Positions 31,387 to 41,024 of a stretch of DNA of 64,000 nt are shown piece by piece (the first letter of the stretch is position 1; the number at the start of each line of letters is the position of its first letter). The position numbers and the translations under genes are program-made. Origin of the DNA: Nitrosopumilaceae archaeon (GTDB lineage Archaea > Thermoproteota > Nitrososphaeria > Nitrososphaerales > Nitrosopumilaceae); assembly GCA_965203465.1 (NCBI GenBank), contig CBDBCR010000001.1:448001-512000 (forward strand). The letters are read 5' to 3'. Under the pieces are notes generated by a model. The model did no database searches. It saw only the letters and a list, made by a program, of their open reading frames with translations, and was not told the DNA's origin.

Positions 31387-32112
31387 ATGATGGGCTCGCG
31401 CGGCTACGACATGACGCCCACCATGTACTCGCCGGACGGCCGCATATACCAGGTAGAGTACGCAATCGAGACAGTAAAGCGCGGGACGCTGGCCATCGGC
31501 GTGCGCGGCACCGACGGCGTGGTCATGGCCGTCGAGGAGCGCCCGCAGTCGCTGCAGACCGGCGAGGTCACCCAAAAGATATTCCAGGTGGACGGCCACA
31601 TAGGCGTGGCCGCGGCCGGCTACATACCCGACGCGCGAGTCCAGGTGGACAACGCGCGCTCGTTTTCGGCCGGCAACCGGCTCTACTACGACGAATCCGT
31701 CGAGGTCGAGACGGTCGCAAAGTACCTGGCGGATCAGTGCCACCAGTTCACGCAGTACTCGGGGGTGCGCCCGTACGGGGTCGCCCTCATAATAGCGGGC
31801 GTCGACCAAAAGGGCGGCTCGCTGTACGTGACGGATCCGAGCGGCACGTTCGTGCCATTTACCGCGGTGGCGATCGGCTCGGGCTCCGAGGAGGCCACCG
31901 CGTTCCTGGAGAAAAACTATTCAAAGGACGCCGACGTGTCGTCCGCCGCCGTGCTGGCAGCCGGCGCCATACTGACAAAGTCCGACCAGCTCGACGGGCG
32001 CTCGATAAAGATGGCGCGCGTCTCGGTGGACAAGCCGTCCATGGACCGGATGCCCGACTCCGAGGTGTCGGGGTTCGCCGACGAGGCCCGCAAGCGGTTC
32101 GGGCAGGACTGA
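31387..32112 (+). CDS. psmA: Proteasome subunit alpha
   Basis: GYD...TMYSPDGRIYQVEYA, RPYGVAL, TDPSG. Confidence 0.97.
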   Translation: MMGSRGYDMTPTMYSPDGRIYQVEYAIETVKRGTLAIGVRGTDGVVMAVEERPQSLQTGEVTQKIFQVDGHIGVAAAGYIPDARVQVDNARSFSAGNRLYYDESVEVETVAKYLADQCHQFTQYSGVRPYGVALIIAGVDQKGGSLYVTDPSGTFVPFTAVAIGSGSEEATAFLEKNYSKDADVSSAAVLAAGAILTKSDQLDGRSIKMARVSVDKPSMDRMPDSEVSGFADEARKRFGQD

Positions 32113-32121
32113 CGCTGCAAG

Positions 32122-32793
32122 ATGGGGCTCGGCGCCGGCTACTGGCCCGAGGTCATGGAAGCGCTCGAGGACATAATACCGGTCTACGACAGGGTCAACA
32201 GGTTCATCTCGGCGGGGCGCGCGTGCAGGCACCGCGCGGCCGGCGTGGCCGGGCGCCTGCGCCCGGGCGACGCGGTGCTCGACGCGGGATCGGGTTTTGG
32301 CAACATGTCGCGCGCGGCCCTCGCCGAGCGCGCCGACATATCGCTCGTCATGTGCGATCCGCTCATGCCGATGCTGCGCCGCGCGCCCGGGCGGCGCGCG
32401 TGCGGCCTCTTTGAGCACCTGCCGTTCCGCGCCGGCTCGTTCGACGCGGCCATGTGCGGGTACTCGCTGCGCGACGCGGTGGACCTGCGCGCGGCCCTCG
32501 CCGAGCTGCACCGCGTGCTGCGGCCCGGCGGGCGGCTGGTGGTGGTGGACTTGGGCAAGCCGGACGGCGCGCTGGTCAGGGCCGGCGTGGCCGCGTACCT
32601 GAGGTTCGCCGTGCCGCTCATAGGGCTGGCCGCCGGGGGCAGGAGGGGCCTGAGGTTCGGCGAGCTGTACGGCACGTTCAAGCGCTGGCCGACCGTCTCG
32701 GGCCTGCGGGCCGCCCTGGAGGAGCGGTTTTCGCGCGTGGAGGTGGCCACCGACCTGATGGGCGGCGCGGTCATGGCCTGCGCACACAAGTAA
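32122..32793 (+). CDS. UbiE/MenG-like SAM methyltransferase
   Basis: YDRVNRFIS, VLDAGSGFG, LPF...SFD, RVLRPGG. Confidence 0.88.
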   Translation: MGLGAGYWPEVMEALEDIIPVYDRVNRFISAGRACRHRAAGVAGRLRPGDAVLDAGSGFGNMSRAALAERADISLVMCDPLMPMLRRAPGRRACGLFEHLPFRAGSFDAAMCGYSLRDAVDLRAALAELHRVLRPGGRLVVVDLGKPDGALVRAGVAAYLRFAVPLIGLAAGGRRGLRFGELYGTFKRWPTVSGLRAALEERFSRVEVATDLMGGAVMACAHK

Positions 32794-32818
32794 TATGCGG
32801 GCGGCCCCGGCGGCGGGC

Positions 32819-33127
32819 GTGGAGCTGAACATCGGGGGCACCGAGTGGATAACGATAGCGTTCGTGGCCCTCGTCCTGGTGCTGGGGACCGGCCGGCTGC
32901 CGGGCGCCGCGCGCAAGCTGGGCAGGGCCGCCGCGCAGTACCGGCGGGCGCGCGACGAGGTCGGCTCGCAGATGGGCGCCGGCAGGTCGCTCGGCGTCTC
33001 GGGGCCCGTCTCGGACGAGCGCCAAAAGCTGGAGCGCATGGCCGGCTCGCTGGGCCTCGAGCCGGAGGGCCTCGACACCGAGCAGCTGCGCCGCAAGGTA
33101 AACTCGAAGATGGGCGGCGGGCCGTGA
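32819..33127 (+). CDS. TatA/TatB-family translocase subunit
   Basis: IGGTEW...LVLGTGRLPGAARKLGRA. Confidence 0.85.
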   Translation: MELNIGGTEWITIAFVALVLVLGTGRLPGAARKLGRAAAQYRRARDEVGSQMGAGRSLGVSGPVSDERQKLERMAGSLGLEPEGLDTEQLRRKVNSKMGGGP

Positions 33128-34266
33128 AAGCCCTGCTTCTGGCCCTGCCGCTGGCCGCGGCGGCCGCAGCGCACGGGTACTCTGTCGAGACCGTGGCGGA
33201 GGACCTCGAGGTGCCCTGGTCGATGGACTTTGCGCCCGACGGCAGGATCTTCCTGACCGAGCGCGGCGGGCAGGTGCGCGTGATACAGGACGGGCAGCTG
33301 CTGCCCGACCCGGTGCTGCGCCTCGGCGTGGGCTCTGGCGAGGGCGGCCTGCTCGGCATAGCGCTCGATCCCGACTTTGAGCAGACGCGCAAGGTGTACC
33401 TGTACTATACGTACGGCCTGTTTGCGCAGAACCGCGTCTCGTCGTTCGTAGAGACCGACGCGGGGCTATCCGGCGAGCAGGTGTTGATAGACGGAATACC
33501 GGGCCACTGGTTCCACGACGGCGGGAGGATAGCATTCGGCCCCGACGGCGCGCTGTACGTGGCCACCGGCGACGCGAGCAACCCCGATCTGTCGCGCGAC
33601 GTCTCGTCGCTGGCAGGCAAGATACTGCGTATAGCGCCGGACGGCTCTGTCCCGCCGGACAACCCGTTCGAGGGATCGCCGGTGTACTCTTACGGGCACC
33701 GCAACCCCCAGGGGCTCGACTGGGACCGGCAGGGGCGGCTGGTATCGACCGAGCACGGCCCGTCCGGCGAGCGCGGCTTCGCCCACGACGAGATAAACGT
33801 CATAGAGGCCGGCGCCGACTACGGCTGGCCGCTGGCAGTCGGCGACGAGAGCGCCGAGGGGGCCGCCGGCCCGGCGCTCCACACGGGGAGCGAGACGTGG
33901 GCGCCGTCGGGCGCCGCCTTCTACTACGGCGACATACCAGAGTGGGACGGCATGTACATGGTGGCCGCGCTGGCCGGCAGGGCCCTGGTGGCAGTCGATC
34001 CCGTCTCCTGGACGGAGGCGGGAAGGCACCTGCAGGAATACGGGCGGCTGCGCGACGCGGTGGCCGGGCCGGACGGCTCGCTGTACGTGCTGACGAGCAA
34101 CAGGGACGGGCGGGGGAGCCCGTCTGAGGGAGACGACAGGGTGCTGAAGATATCGCCGGACGCGTGCTCTCCGGGGCTGGACTGGGTGCAAAGGGCCGCC
34201 GGCGGCGGCGCGTGCGTGCGGCCAGAGACGGCGCGGCTGCTGGCGGAGCGCGGCTGGGCGCTCTGA
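33124..34266 (+). CDS. Secreted PQQ-dependent glucose/sorbosone dehydrogenase
   Basis: Signal peptide; PWSMDF.PDG, GEGGLLG, HDGGRIAFGPDG, YGHRNPQG; C-terminal C..GL...ACV.P.T...L.ERGW module. Confidence 0.92.
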   Translation: MKALLLALPLAAAAAAHGYSVETVAEDLEVPWSMDFAPDGRIFLTERGGQVRVIQDGQLLPDPVLRLGVGSGEGGLLGIALDPDFEQTRKVYLYYTYGLFAQNRVSSFVETDAGLSGEQVLIDGIPGHWFHDGGRIAFGPDGALYVATGDASNPDLSRDVSSLAGKILRIAPDGSVPPDNPFEGSPVYSYGHRNPQGLDWDRQGRLVSTEHGPSGERGFAHDEINVIEAGADYGWPLAVGDESAEGAAGPALHTGSETWAPSGAAFYYGDIPEWDGMYMVAALAGRALVAVDPVSWTEAGRHLQEYGRLRDAVAGPDGSLYVLTSNRDGRGSPSEGDDRVLKISPDACSPGLDWVQRAAGGGACVRPETARLLAERGWAL

Positions 34267-34296
34267 CTTAATTAGCGGGGCGCCGCGCGCCCGGCC

Positions 34297-35109
34297 GTGA
34301 AGGCGCTGGTGACCGGCTGCTCGGGCGGCATCGGGTACGAGACGGCGCTGGCCCTGGCGCGCGCGGGATACGAGACGCTGGCCGGCGTGCGGGACCTGGG
34401 GCGCGGCGCGGCACTGGCAGAAGCCGCGGGGGATCTGCCCGTCGAGCTGCTCCGGATGGACGTCGACGATCCCGCCTCGGTAAAAGAGGCGGTCGGGCGG
34501 GCCTGCGAGGGGGGCCTCGACGTGCTCGTGAACAACGCCGGCTACGGGCAGTTCGGGTGCGCAGAGGACGTGACCGTAGAGCAGTTCCGGAAGCAGTTCG
34601 AGACCAATTTTTTCAGCGTCGTGGATATCGTGCGGCGCGCGGCCCCGGCCATGCGGGCGCAGAGGTCGGGCACCATAATCAACGTAGGATCGGTGGCCGG
34701 CCGCATGGGCCTGCCCGGCTCGCCGGCGTACATCAGCTCCAAGTTCGCCCTCGAGGGGCTCACCGAATGCCTCCGCTACGAGCTGGGAAGGTTCGGCGTG
34801 GGCGTGACGGTCATAGAGCCGGGCGTGGTGCGCACGGGGTTCTTTTCGTCCATGCGGGTGCCGGCCTCGCACGCGGATCCGGAATACGAAAAGATCACAA
34901 AGAGGATGCTCTCGGGGCTGGAGCTGATGGTAAAGGCGGGCACGCCGCCCTCCAAGGTGGCAGAAGCCGTCGTGCGCGCCGCCTCGCAGAGGCCGCCGCT
35001 GCCGCGCTACGTGGTGGGCGACGACGCTAGGATGTTCATGGAGGCGCGCCTCTCAAAGTCGGACACCGAGTTCGAAGAGTTCATGTCCGCCGAGCTGTTC
35101 CCCGAATAG
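34297..35109 (+). CDS. Short-chain dehydrogenase/reductase
   Basis: TGCSGGIG, NNAG, Y..SK. Confidence 0.93.
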   Translation: MKALVTGCSGGIGYETALALARAGYETLAGVRDLGRGAALAEAAGDLPVELLRMDVDDPASVKEAVGRACEGGLDVLVNNAGYGQFGCAEDVTVEQFRKQFETNFFSVVDIVRRAAPAMRAQRSGTIINVGSVAGRMGLPGSPAYISSKFALEGLTECLRYELGRFGVGVTVIEPGVVRTGFFSSMRVPASHADPEYEKITKRMLSGLELMVKAGTPPSKVAEAVVRAASQRPPLPRYVVGDDARMFMEARLSKSDTEFEEFMSAELFPE

Positions 35110-35170
35110 CGCGGTTCGGCGGCCGCGCCGAGTTCGCTAAATTGATATACGCACTTTCGGCCGCGCCGGC

Positions 35171-36985
35171 GTGGCAAAGTGGAAGACGTTCCAGCACGCC
35201 GGCGTCCTGTTCCCGCCGGCGTACGAGCCCAAAAAGACGCCGGTCGGCATAAAGGGCAAAAAGACGGTCCTCACCCCGCTACAGGAAGAGATGGCCTACC
35301 AGTGGGCCAAGAAAAAGGACACGCCGTACGCGCAGGACAGGGTGTTCCGCGACAACTTCGTGCGCGACTTTGCCAAGGAGCTGGGCCCCGGCCACGGCAA
35401 GGTAGGGTTTGCGGATCTTGACTTTTCGGCGATGAACCGGCGCGTCGACAGGGAAAAGGCCGAGCGCGAGGCCATGACGCCGGAGCAGCGCAAGGCCTTG
35501 GCGGCCAGCCGCAAGGAGGCGCGCGAATCCCTAAAGGCCAAATACGGCACCGCGCAGCTGGACGGCAAGCCCGTCGAGCTGGGCAACTACATGGTCGAGC
35601 CGCCGGGCATATTCATCGGCAGGGGGGCCCACCCGCTGCGCGGCAAGTGGAAGCCGCGCGTGGGCGAGGGCGACGTGACGCTCAACCTGGGCAAGGGGGC
35701 CGAGGTGCCGCCGGGCCGCTGGGCCGGCGTGGTCTGCGAGCCCGACTCCGTGTGGGTGGCAAAGTGGACCGACAGGCTGACCGGCAACACAAAGTACGTC
35801 TGGCTGGCCGATACGGCCGAGGTAAAGCAGGACATGGACAGGGCAAAGTACGACAAGGCGGTCCGTCTCTCGGGCAGCATCGACGCGGTGGTCGAATCGA
35901 TGGTCTCGGACATGGCCGGCAGCGACGCCAAAAAGGCGCGCATAGCGACTGCCTGCTACCTGATATACCGCACGTCGATGAGGGTCGGCGACGAAAAGGA
36001 CGCAGACGAGGCCGACACGGTCGGGGCCACGACGCTGCGCCGCGAGCACGTAAAGGTCACGCAAGATTCGGTAGAGTTTGACTTTCTGGGCAAGGACAGC
36101 GTCCGCTGGCAGGAGACCGTAAAGGCGGCGGGCCCCGACGAGCAGTTCCGGCGCAACATGCTGCTGCTCGTCGAGCAGCCGCGCGGGCCCGGCAAAAAGC
36201 CCAACTCAAAGCAGGAGATATTCGACGGCATATCGTCGCGCCACGTCAACGCGTACTATTCGGGGATACTGCCGGGCCTCTCGGCAAAGGTCTTCCGCAC
36301 GTACCTTGCCTCGCGCGAGGTGGCGGGGTACCTGCGCGAGCACGACCGCATACGCGCAAGCTCGCCGCACGCAAAGCTGTACCACGCGAAAATGGCCAAC
36401 CTCAAGGCGGCCGTCATGTGCAACCACAAGAGGACGGTCCCAAAGACGTTCGCGCGATCGCTCGAAAAGCGCAAAGAGTCGCTGCGCGCGGCTCGCGCGG
36501 CCGCCTCCAAGGCCCGGAAAGAGGCGCGCGCGGCTCGCGGCTCCGAGCCAGAGGCGGTCTCGAGGGCGGCGGCCGCCGTCGAGGCTGCGCGCGGCTCGCT
36601 CAAGAAGGCGCGCTCGGCGGCGCGCGGCAAGCCCAAAAAGGCGGCCGGGGCAAAGCGCGCGGCAGCCCAGCTGAAAACCAGGCGCGCCCGCCTCGCAAAG
36701 GCAAAGGAGCAGGCCCGCAAAAAGGCCGAGCGCCTAGCCGCCCGCGCCGAAAAGAGCGAGGCGCGCGCCGAAAAGCTGCGCCTCGACGTGGACTTTGCCG
36801 GCCGCACCCGGGACTACAACATCGGCACGTCGCTGCGCAACTATATCGATCCGCGCGTCTTCAAGTCGTGGATGGACGAGGTCGACGGGCAGTGGCCAAA
36901 GCTGTACACCGCCTCGCTGGCGCGCAAGTTCGGCTGGGTGCGGGAGGCAAAGGACGACTGGAAGACCGTCTCGGGCTGGTACTAG
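35171..36985 (+). CDS. DNA topoisomerase IB (eukaryote-like)
   Basis: VEPPGIF.GRG.HP..G, RVGDEKD, FDFLGKDS, AKVFRTY, CNHKR, TS.RNYIDPR. Confidence 0.96.
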   Translation: MAKWKTFQHAGVLFPPAYEPKKTPVGIKGKKTVLTPLQEEMAYQWAKKKDTPYAQDRVFRDNFVRDFAKELGPGHGKVGFADLDFSAMNRRVDREKAEREAMTPEQRKALAASRKEARESLKAKYGTAQLDGKPVELGNYMVEPPGIFIGRGAHPLRGKWKPRVGEGDVTLNLGKGAEVPPGRWAGVVCEPDSVWVAKWTDRLTGNTKYVWLADTAEVKQDMDRAKYDKAVRLSGSIDAVVESMVSDMAGSDAKKARIATACYLIYRTSMRVGDEKDADEADTVGATTLRREHVKVTQDSVEFDFLGKDSVRWQETVKAAGPDEQFRRNMLLLVEQPRGPGKKPNSKQEIFDGISSRHVNAYYSGILPGLSAKVFRTYLASREVAGYLREHDRIRASSPHAKLYHAKMANLKAAVMCNHKRTVPKTFARSLEKRKESLRAARAAASKARKEARAARGSEPEAVSRAAAAVEAARGSLKKARSAARGKPKKAAGAKRAAAQLKTRRARLAKAKEQARKKAERLAARAEKSEARAEKLRLDVDFAGRTRDYNIGTSLRNYIDPRVFKSWMDEVDGQWPKLYTASLARKFGWVREAKDDWKTVSGWY

Positions 36986-36990
36986 GTGTG

Positions 36991-37086
36991 TGCCGGGGGC
37001 GGGTTTCGAACCCGCGACCTCCAGATTATGAGTATTGCCTTTTCGGAGAAAAGCTGGCACTCTAGACCAGGCTGAGCTACCCCGGC
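36991..37086 (-). tRNA. tRNA-Met(CAT), probably elongator, with 20-nt intron at 30/31 (37034-37053)
   Basis: Removing CTTTTCTCCGAAAAGGCAAT restores CCAGA-CTCATAA-TCTGG. Confidence 0.88.
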
Positions 37087-37173
37087 ACGGGGGGCCGCCG
37101 GGGGCGTGTCAAATTAAACGGTTCGGCCGCCTCGAGGGCTTAAATTGGGGGGCCCGCGCGGTGCCGCGCAAGT

Positions 37174-37247
37174 GGGATTGTGGTCTAGCTTGGTATGATT
37201 CTAGTTTCGGGTACTAGGGGCCGCAGGTTCGAATCCTGCCAATCCCA
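37174..37247 (+). tRNA. tRNA-Pro(CGG)
   Basis: Anticodon arm CTAGT-TTCGGGT-ACTAG; T arm GCAGG-TTCGAAT-CCTGC. Confidence 0.93.
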
Positions 37248-38063
37248 TCACAGCCTCTCGGCCTCGGCCATGTCCACCTCGTAGGAGAGCCTGGCCCTCG
37301 GGCCGAGGCGCAGCGTCCAGGGTATGCGCGACTCTTCGCCCCGCACCGAAAACCCCCTGGCGCGCAGGTAGGCGCGCAGGCTTTCCGGGCCGGCCTTTTC
37401 CGAGCCGGGCGCGTAGTCGTACGGGCTCGATATTACGAGCGAATCGGACTGGCCGGCCATCGTGTCTACCAGGGCCCGCCAGTCGACCGACTCCAGCATG
37501 TTGAAGCAGGCTGCCGCGCCGAACCTCCTCTTCCCGAACGGGTGCTCCAGCGCGTCGGCGACAGCGTACGTGCCCCCGCCCTTTGCGGCCTCGCGCACCG
37601 CGTAGAACGAGCGGTCGATGCCGAGCACCTCCCTGCCCCGCACGCCGCCCGAGATCCTGCCCACCGAGCAGCCGTACTCTGCTATGCTGCCGCGCGTGCG
37701 GCGCAGGGCGCGCGCGGCCTCGCGGTAGAACGCGGTGCGCCCGCTGGCCAAGTATATGCGCGCCCACCTCAGCTCGGCGGGCGCGCGGTCCTGCGCGACG
37801 GGCGGGCCGCGCATGGACTCTTTGACGAACTCTTTCATTGCCGGGGTGCGGGCCCCCAGCATCAGCCTGCCGCCCAGCGAGGGGCGCGCGCGCACGTATT
37901 CTTTGAAAGACCTCCACATTATGGGCACGCCCTCGGCCACCGGGTATTTGGCGCCGCACCCGCACGACAGAAACCCCTCGTCCACCAGGCCGGAGAGGGC
38001 CTCGAGCTCCAGCCGGCCGGAGCAGCGCACGCAGCGCAGCAGGCGCGCGTCGGATTCCTTCAC
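37248..38063 (-). CDS. Trm112-like zinc-knuckle / SAM methyltransferase fusion
   Basis: C..C...C.CGAKYPV.EGVP N-terminus; EYGCSVG..GIDRS motif I. Confidence 0.8.
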   Translation of the reverse strand: MKESDARLLRCVRCSGRLELEALSGLVDEGFLSCGCGAKYPVAEGVPIMWRSFKEYVRARPSLGGRLMLGARTPAMKEFVKESMRGPPVAQDRAPAELRWARIYLASGRTAFYREAARALRRTRGSIAEYGCSVGRISGGVRGREVLGIDRSFYAVREAAKGGGTYAVADALEHPFGKRRFGAAACFNMLESVDWRALVDTMAGQSDSLVISSPYDYAPGSEKAGPESLRAYLRARGFSVRGEESRIPWTLRLGPRARLSYEVDMAEAERL

Positions 38064-38161
38064 GAGCGCGGGGCGCCGCCCGGGGGCGCTTTAACCCTTG
38101 GCCGATCGCGGCTGTCGCCTGCAGGGGCGGCGCGGGCGAGGCGGGGCGCAGGCCCGGGACG

Positions 38162-38719
38162 CGAGAAAACAAGCGCGTAAAGATCATAGCTAGGGCGCGG
38201 TTCGACTGCGACGTTCTGGGCATATGCGTGCATGTGGAAAAGCAGAAGGCGATCGACGGCGTATTGCGCCACCGAGCATTCGGCACAAAGCCGAAACACG
38301 TAGCTCGCAACCACTTCAACCACCTGCTCTGGAGATACATGCAGGACGGCATAATGGATTTTGCGGCGAAACACCGTTGCGAGGTGCGAGACATCGAAGT
38401 CGAATGCGACTCGGACATGCGCGACACGGTTCTTGCTTGGGGCATGAAGCCGGCCGCCGGGGCCAAGACGTACGATCTCGCCGACGTGATCGCGTGGAGC
38501 AACGTACACGGCAGAGCAATCAACACATGCAAGGAGCTGGACATCCGCGACAAAATATGGAGACATGAGGCGCGACCTGTTAAAGTGGTGCCCAGAGCCC
38601 ACATTTACACCAGAACAGCAGAACCGCCCGAAAGCTTCAACCATCTGGATAATTCAAGCCCTGATGCCGCGTGCCACACACACGGTTTAATCAACTTATC
38701 GGGTTGGTCAGTACACTGA
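38162..38719 (+). pseudogene. 5'-truncated low-GC gene, possibly DUF3800-like
   Basis: Frame is open upstream of 38228 without a clear start; YDLADVIAWSN resembles the DUF3800 C-terminal LAD motif. Confidence 0.35.
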
Positions 38720-38953
38720 CCAATACAGGGTTGTGGGTATAGTCCCAGGTCGTCAGATTGCGGCTTGGCTGATTTCCAGCTGCCGTACAGGGGGGGGGCC
38801 GGACTGGAGCGTATTCGAGATGTGGCCCCAGCCTGTCCGGCGCGGGGCGGCCTGCGCCGTCGCCTGACCGGTTCGACCGCGCGGATGCGCGCCCCCGCGC
38901 ACTGCCGGGCGCGCCGCCAGTCTGGCGACCTGATACTATATGCCCGGCGCTTA

Positions 38954-39055
38954 GGCTTTGTTCGGCAATTCGTATTTTCGTGCCTGCGCAGTAGCCGGAT
39001 CGGCCAAAAAAACGGCTCCGTTCAGGCACGGATCGCGGAATTACCGAACAAAGCC
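38954..39055. mobile_element. MITE copy 2 with 8-bp target-site duplication GGCGCTTA
   Basis: Same TIRs as 10463-10563; GGCGCTTA at 38946-38953 and 39056-39063. Confidence 0.92.
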
Positions 39056-39101
39056 GGCGCTTAGGCAGCGTTAAATTGAACCCGCGTTCTCCGGGGCGCG
39101 C

Positions 39102-39623
39102 TTGGACGCGTACGACGCACTGGTCATGACGGTGGCAGAAAACGGCGGCCTGCTGGACAGCCGGACCGCGATACAGAAACTGTGCTATTTCTACACGCTA
39201 AAGATAGCCGGCTTTGCGCCCCGGTACCTGCCGTACCTTTACGGGCCGTTCAGCAGGGAGGTCGCCTCGGCGCTGGTGGATCTGTCCGCATTCTCGTTCT
39301 TCAACGAATACCTGCGGTCTTGCGGCGGGTACACGTACGAGATCACAGAGTCGGGCAGAAAATACGCGGCCCGGGTGTCCGGGGAACTGCCCGGCGAGCG
39401 CGATCAGATCCGGGGCGTCCTGGCCGTCTGCAAAGAGCGCTGCGGCCTAAAGCCGGCGCCCCTCTCTTACGCCGCAAAATGCCACTACGTGCTGCGCAGC
39501 GGCGGGGCCGAGCACACCGTAAAGGAGGCCAGGGACGCGGGCAGAGACCTGTGCTGGGAGATATCCGACGACGATGCCGAGGGCGGGATAAGCCTGTTGA
39601 AGGAACTGGGCCTTGTAAGGTGA
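39102..39623 (+). CDS. YwgA/Panacea-like wHTH protein, close paralog of 15884-16414
   Basis: SRTAIQKLCYFY...YGPFS...LKPAPLSYAAKCHY shared with the first copy. Confidence 0.85.
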   Translation: MDAYDALVMTVAENGGLLDSRTAIQKLCYFYTLKIAGFAPRYLPYLYGPFSREVASALVDLSAFSFFNEYLRSCGGYTYEITESGRKYAARVSGELPGERDQIRGVLAVCKERCGLKPAPLSYAAKCHYVLRSGGAEHTVKEARDAGRDLCWEISDDDAEGGISLLKELGLVR

Positions 39624-39836
39624 GGGCAAAGCCGGCCGCCGGACGCACGGCGCACGGGCCGGGGGACGCCGGGGTCCGGAAAAAAAGCGGGGGGAAATGT
39701 CCGGAGCCGGACGCGCGCGAAAGGATCGCGCCGCGCGTGGAACCACGGCGATTCGGGCAGACGGCGCGCCGCCGGGGCGGCCGGACAGCCGGCGAAAAAC
39801 CAACCGTTAAATCGGCGCCCCCCGGGGAGCTCACCC

Positions 39837-41024
39837 GTGGGCGAGCAGGCGGAATTCGCAGAGGCGCTCTTTGCGCAGCTCGAAGTCGAGACCGGCGAGG
39901 AGGCCCAGATAGCGTCGCTGGCCGAGCGCATCGCCGGCGACGCCGGATTCGGCTTCGAGTTCGAGCCGCTGGCCGAGGCGGCCGGGCGCCTGCTGCCCGG
40001 CGCCGCCGAGAGCCTAGAAAAGCTGGGCCTGGGCGGGCCCGCCCCGCCGCTCGAGATATCGGATCTGCGCGGGTTCAAGATGCTAAAGGCGAGGAAGGTC
40101 TTCGCGCCGCCCGGCTCGCGCGGGTTCGTGGACGATCTGTTCGGGGCCGTGGCCGATTCGGACGCGGGCGCGGTGGCCGGCATCATGGCCTCGGACATGC
40201 AAAAGTACCTGGTGTACTCTACGTACGCCATACAGTACCTCTCCAAGATCTCGACCACGTACGGCGACTGCCTCGGCGGCAAAATATACCTCAACGGGTT
40301 CGTGCTGTCGCGCTACCCGCAGATCATACTGTACCGGCAGGGCCCGCCGTACTCGGGCGCCGATGCCGTCCGCTCCGGCTACGCGGGCGCCCTCAAGATG
40401 GCGCTGCTCGAAGAGTCGGTGCATTCGCGCCAGGGGCCGCTGCAGGAGATGAACGCGGCCGCCGCGGCCGAGGTCAACGCGCTCAACGAAGAGCTGGCCG
40501 GCAGCATACTGGAGATGGACGAGGGCCCGGCCTCGTCGCTGTACAGGCACATGCAGCTGCAGGACGTGCCGCCAGAGTTCCCGGCCGCGCGCAGGGCCAA
40601 CCTCTTCTTCACGCTCAACCCGGACAACTTCGTTGTCAACGTGCTCGGGCCGGACGTGATGACCTACGACCGCATAGAGGTGGACCCGCGCATATCCGAG
40701 GCGCTGCCCGGCCTGCCCGGCCTGTACCGGCGGTGGCTCGGGCCCATACAGCGCCACCACGCCGCCTTTACGGTCATGGAGGGCATGGCCGAGTTCTGCG
40801 TGCGCGAGGCGCTCTCGGGGGACCCCGACTTTGAGGAGTACCTGCGCACGTTCACCGGCGCCGACCCGTCGGCGTACGGGGTGCGCAAGAGCATGGGGCG
40901 CGACTTTGTGGCGTTCGTGCACGCGCGCGCGGGCAACGGGGCCTTCCAGGCCATAATGCGGGATCCGCCCACGACGCGCGAGATAAAGGAGCCGGGGCGG
41001 TACGCCGAGCGCCTCAGTCTATGA
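39837..41024 (+). CDS. Conserved hypothetical protein, zincin-like (EESVH...MEGMAE)
   Basis: 395-aa ORF with host codon usage; PPT..EI..P..Y..R C-terminus as in DUF2342-like zincins. Confidence 0.7.
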   Translation: MGEQAEFAEALFAQLEVETGEEAQIASLAERIAGDAGFGFEFEPLAEAAGRLLPGAAESLEKLGLGGPAPPLEISDLRGFKMLKARKVFAPPGSRGFVDDLFGAVADSDAGAVAGIMASDMQKYLVYSTYAIQYLSKISTTYGDCLGGKIYLNGFVLSRYPQIILYRQGPPYSGADAVRSGYAGALKMALLEESVHSRQGPLQEMNAAAAAEVNALNEELAGSILEMDEGPASSLYRHMQLQDVPPEFPAARRANLFFTLNPDNFVVNVLGPDVMTYDRIEVDPRISEALPGLPGLYRRWLGPIQRHHAAFTVMEGMAEFCVREALSGDPDFEEYLRTFTGADPSAYGVRKSMGRDFVAFVHARAGNGAFQAIMRDPPTTREIKEPGRYAERLSL

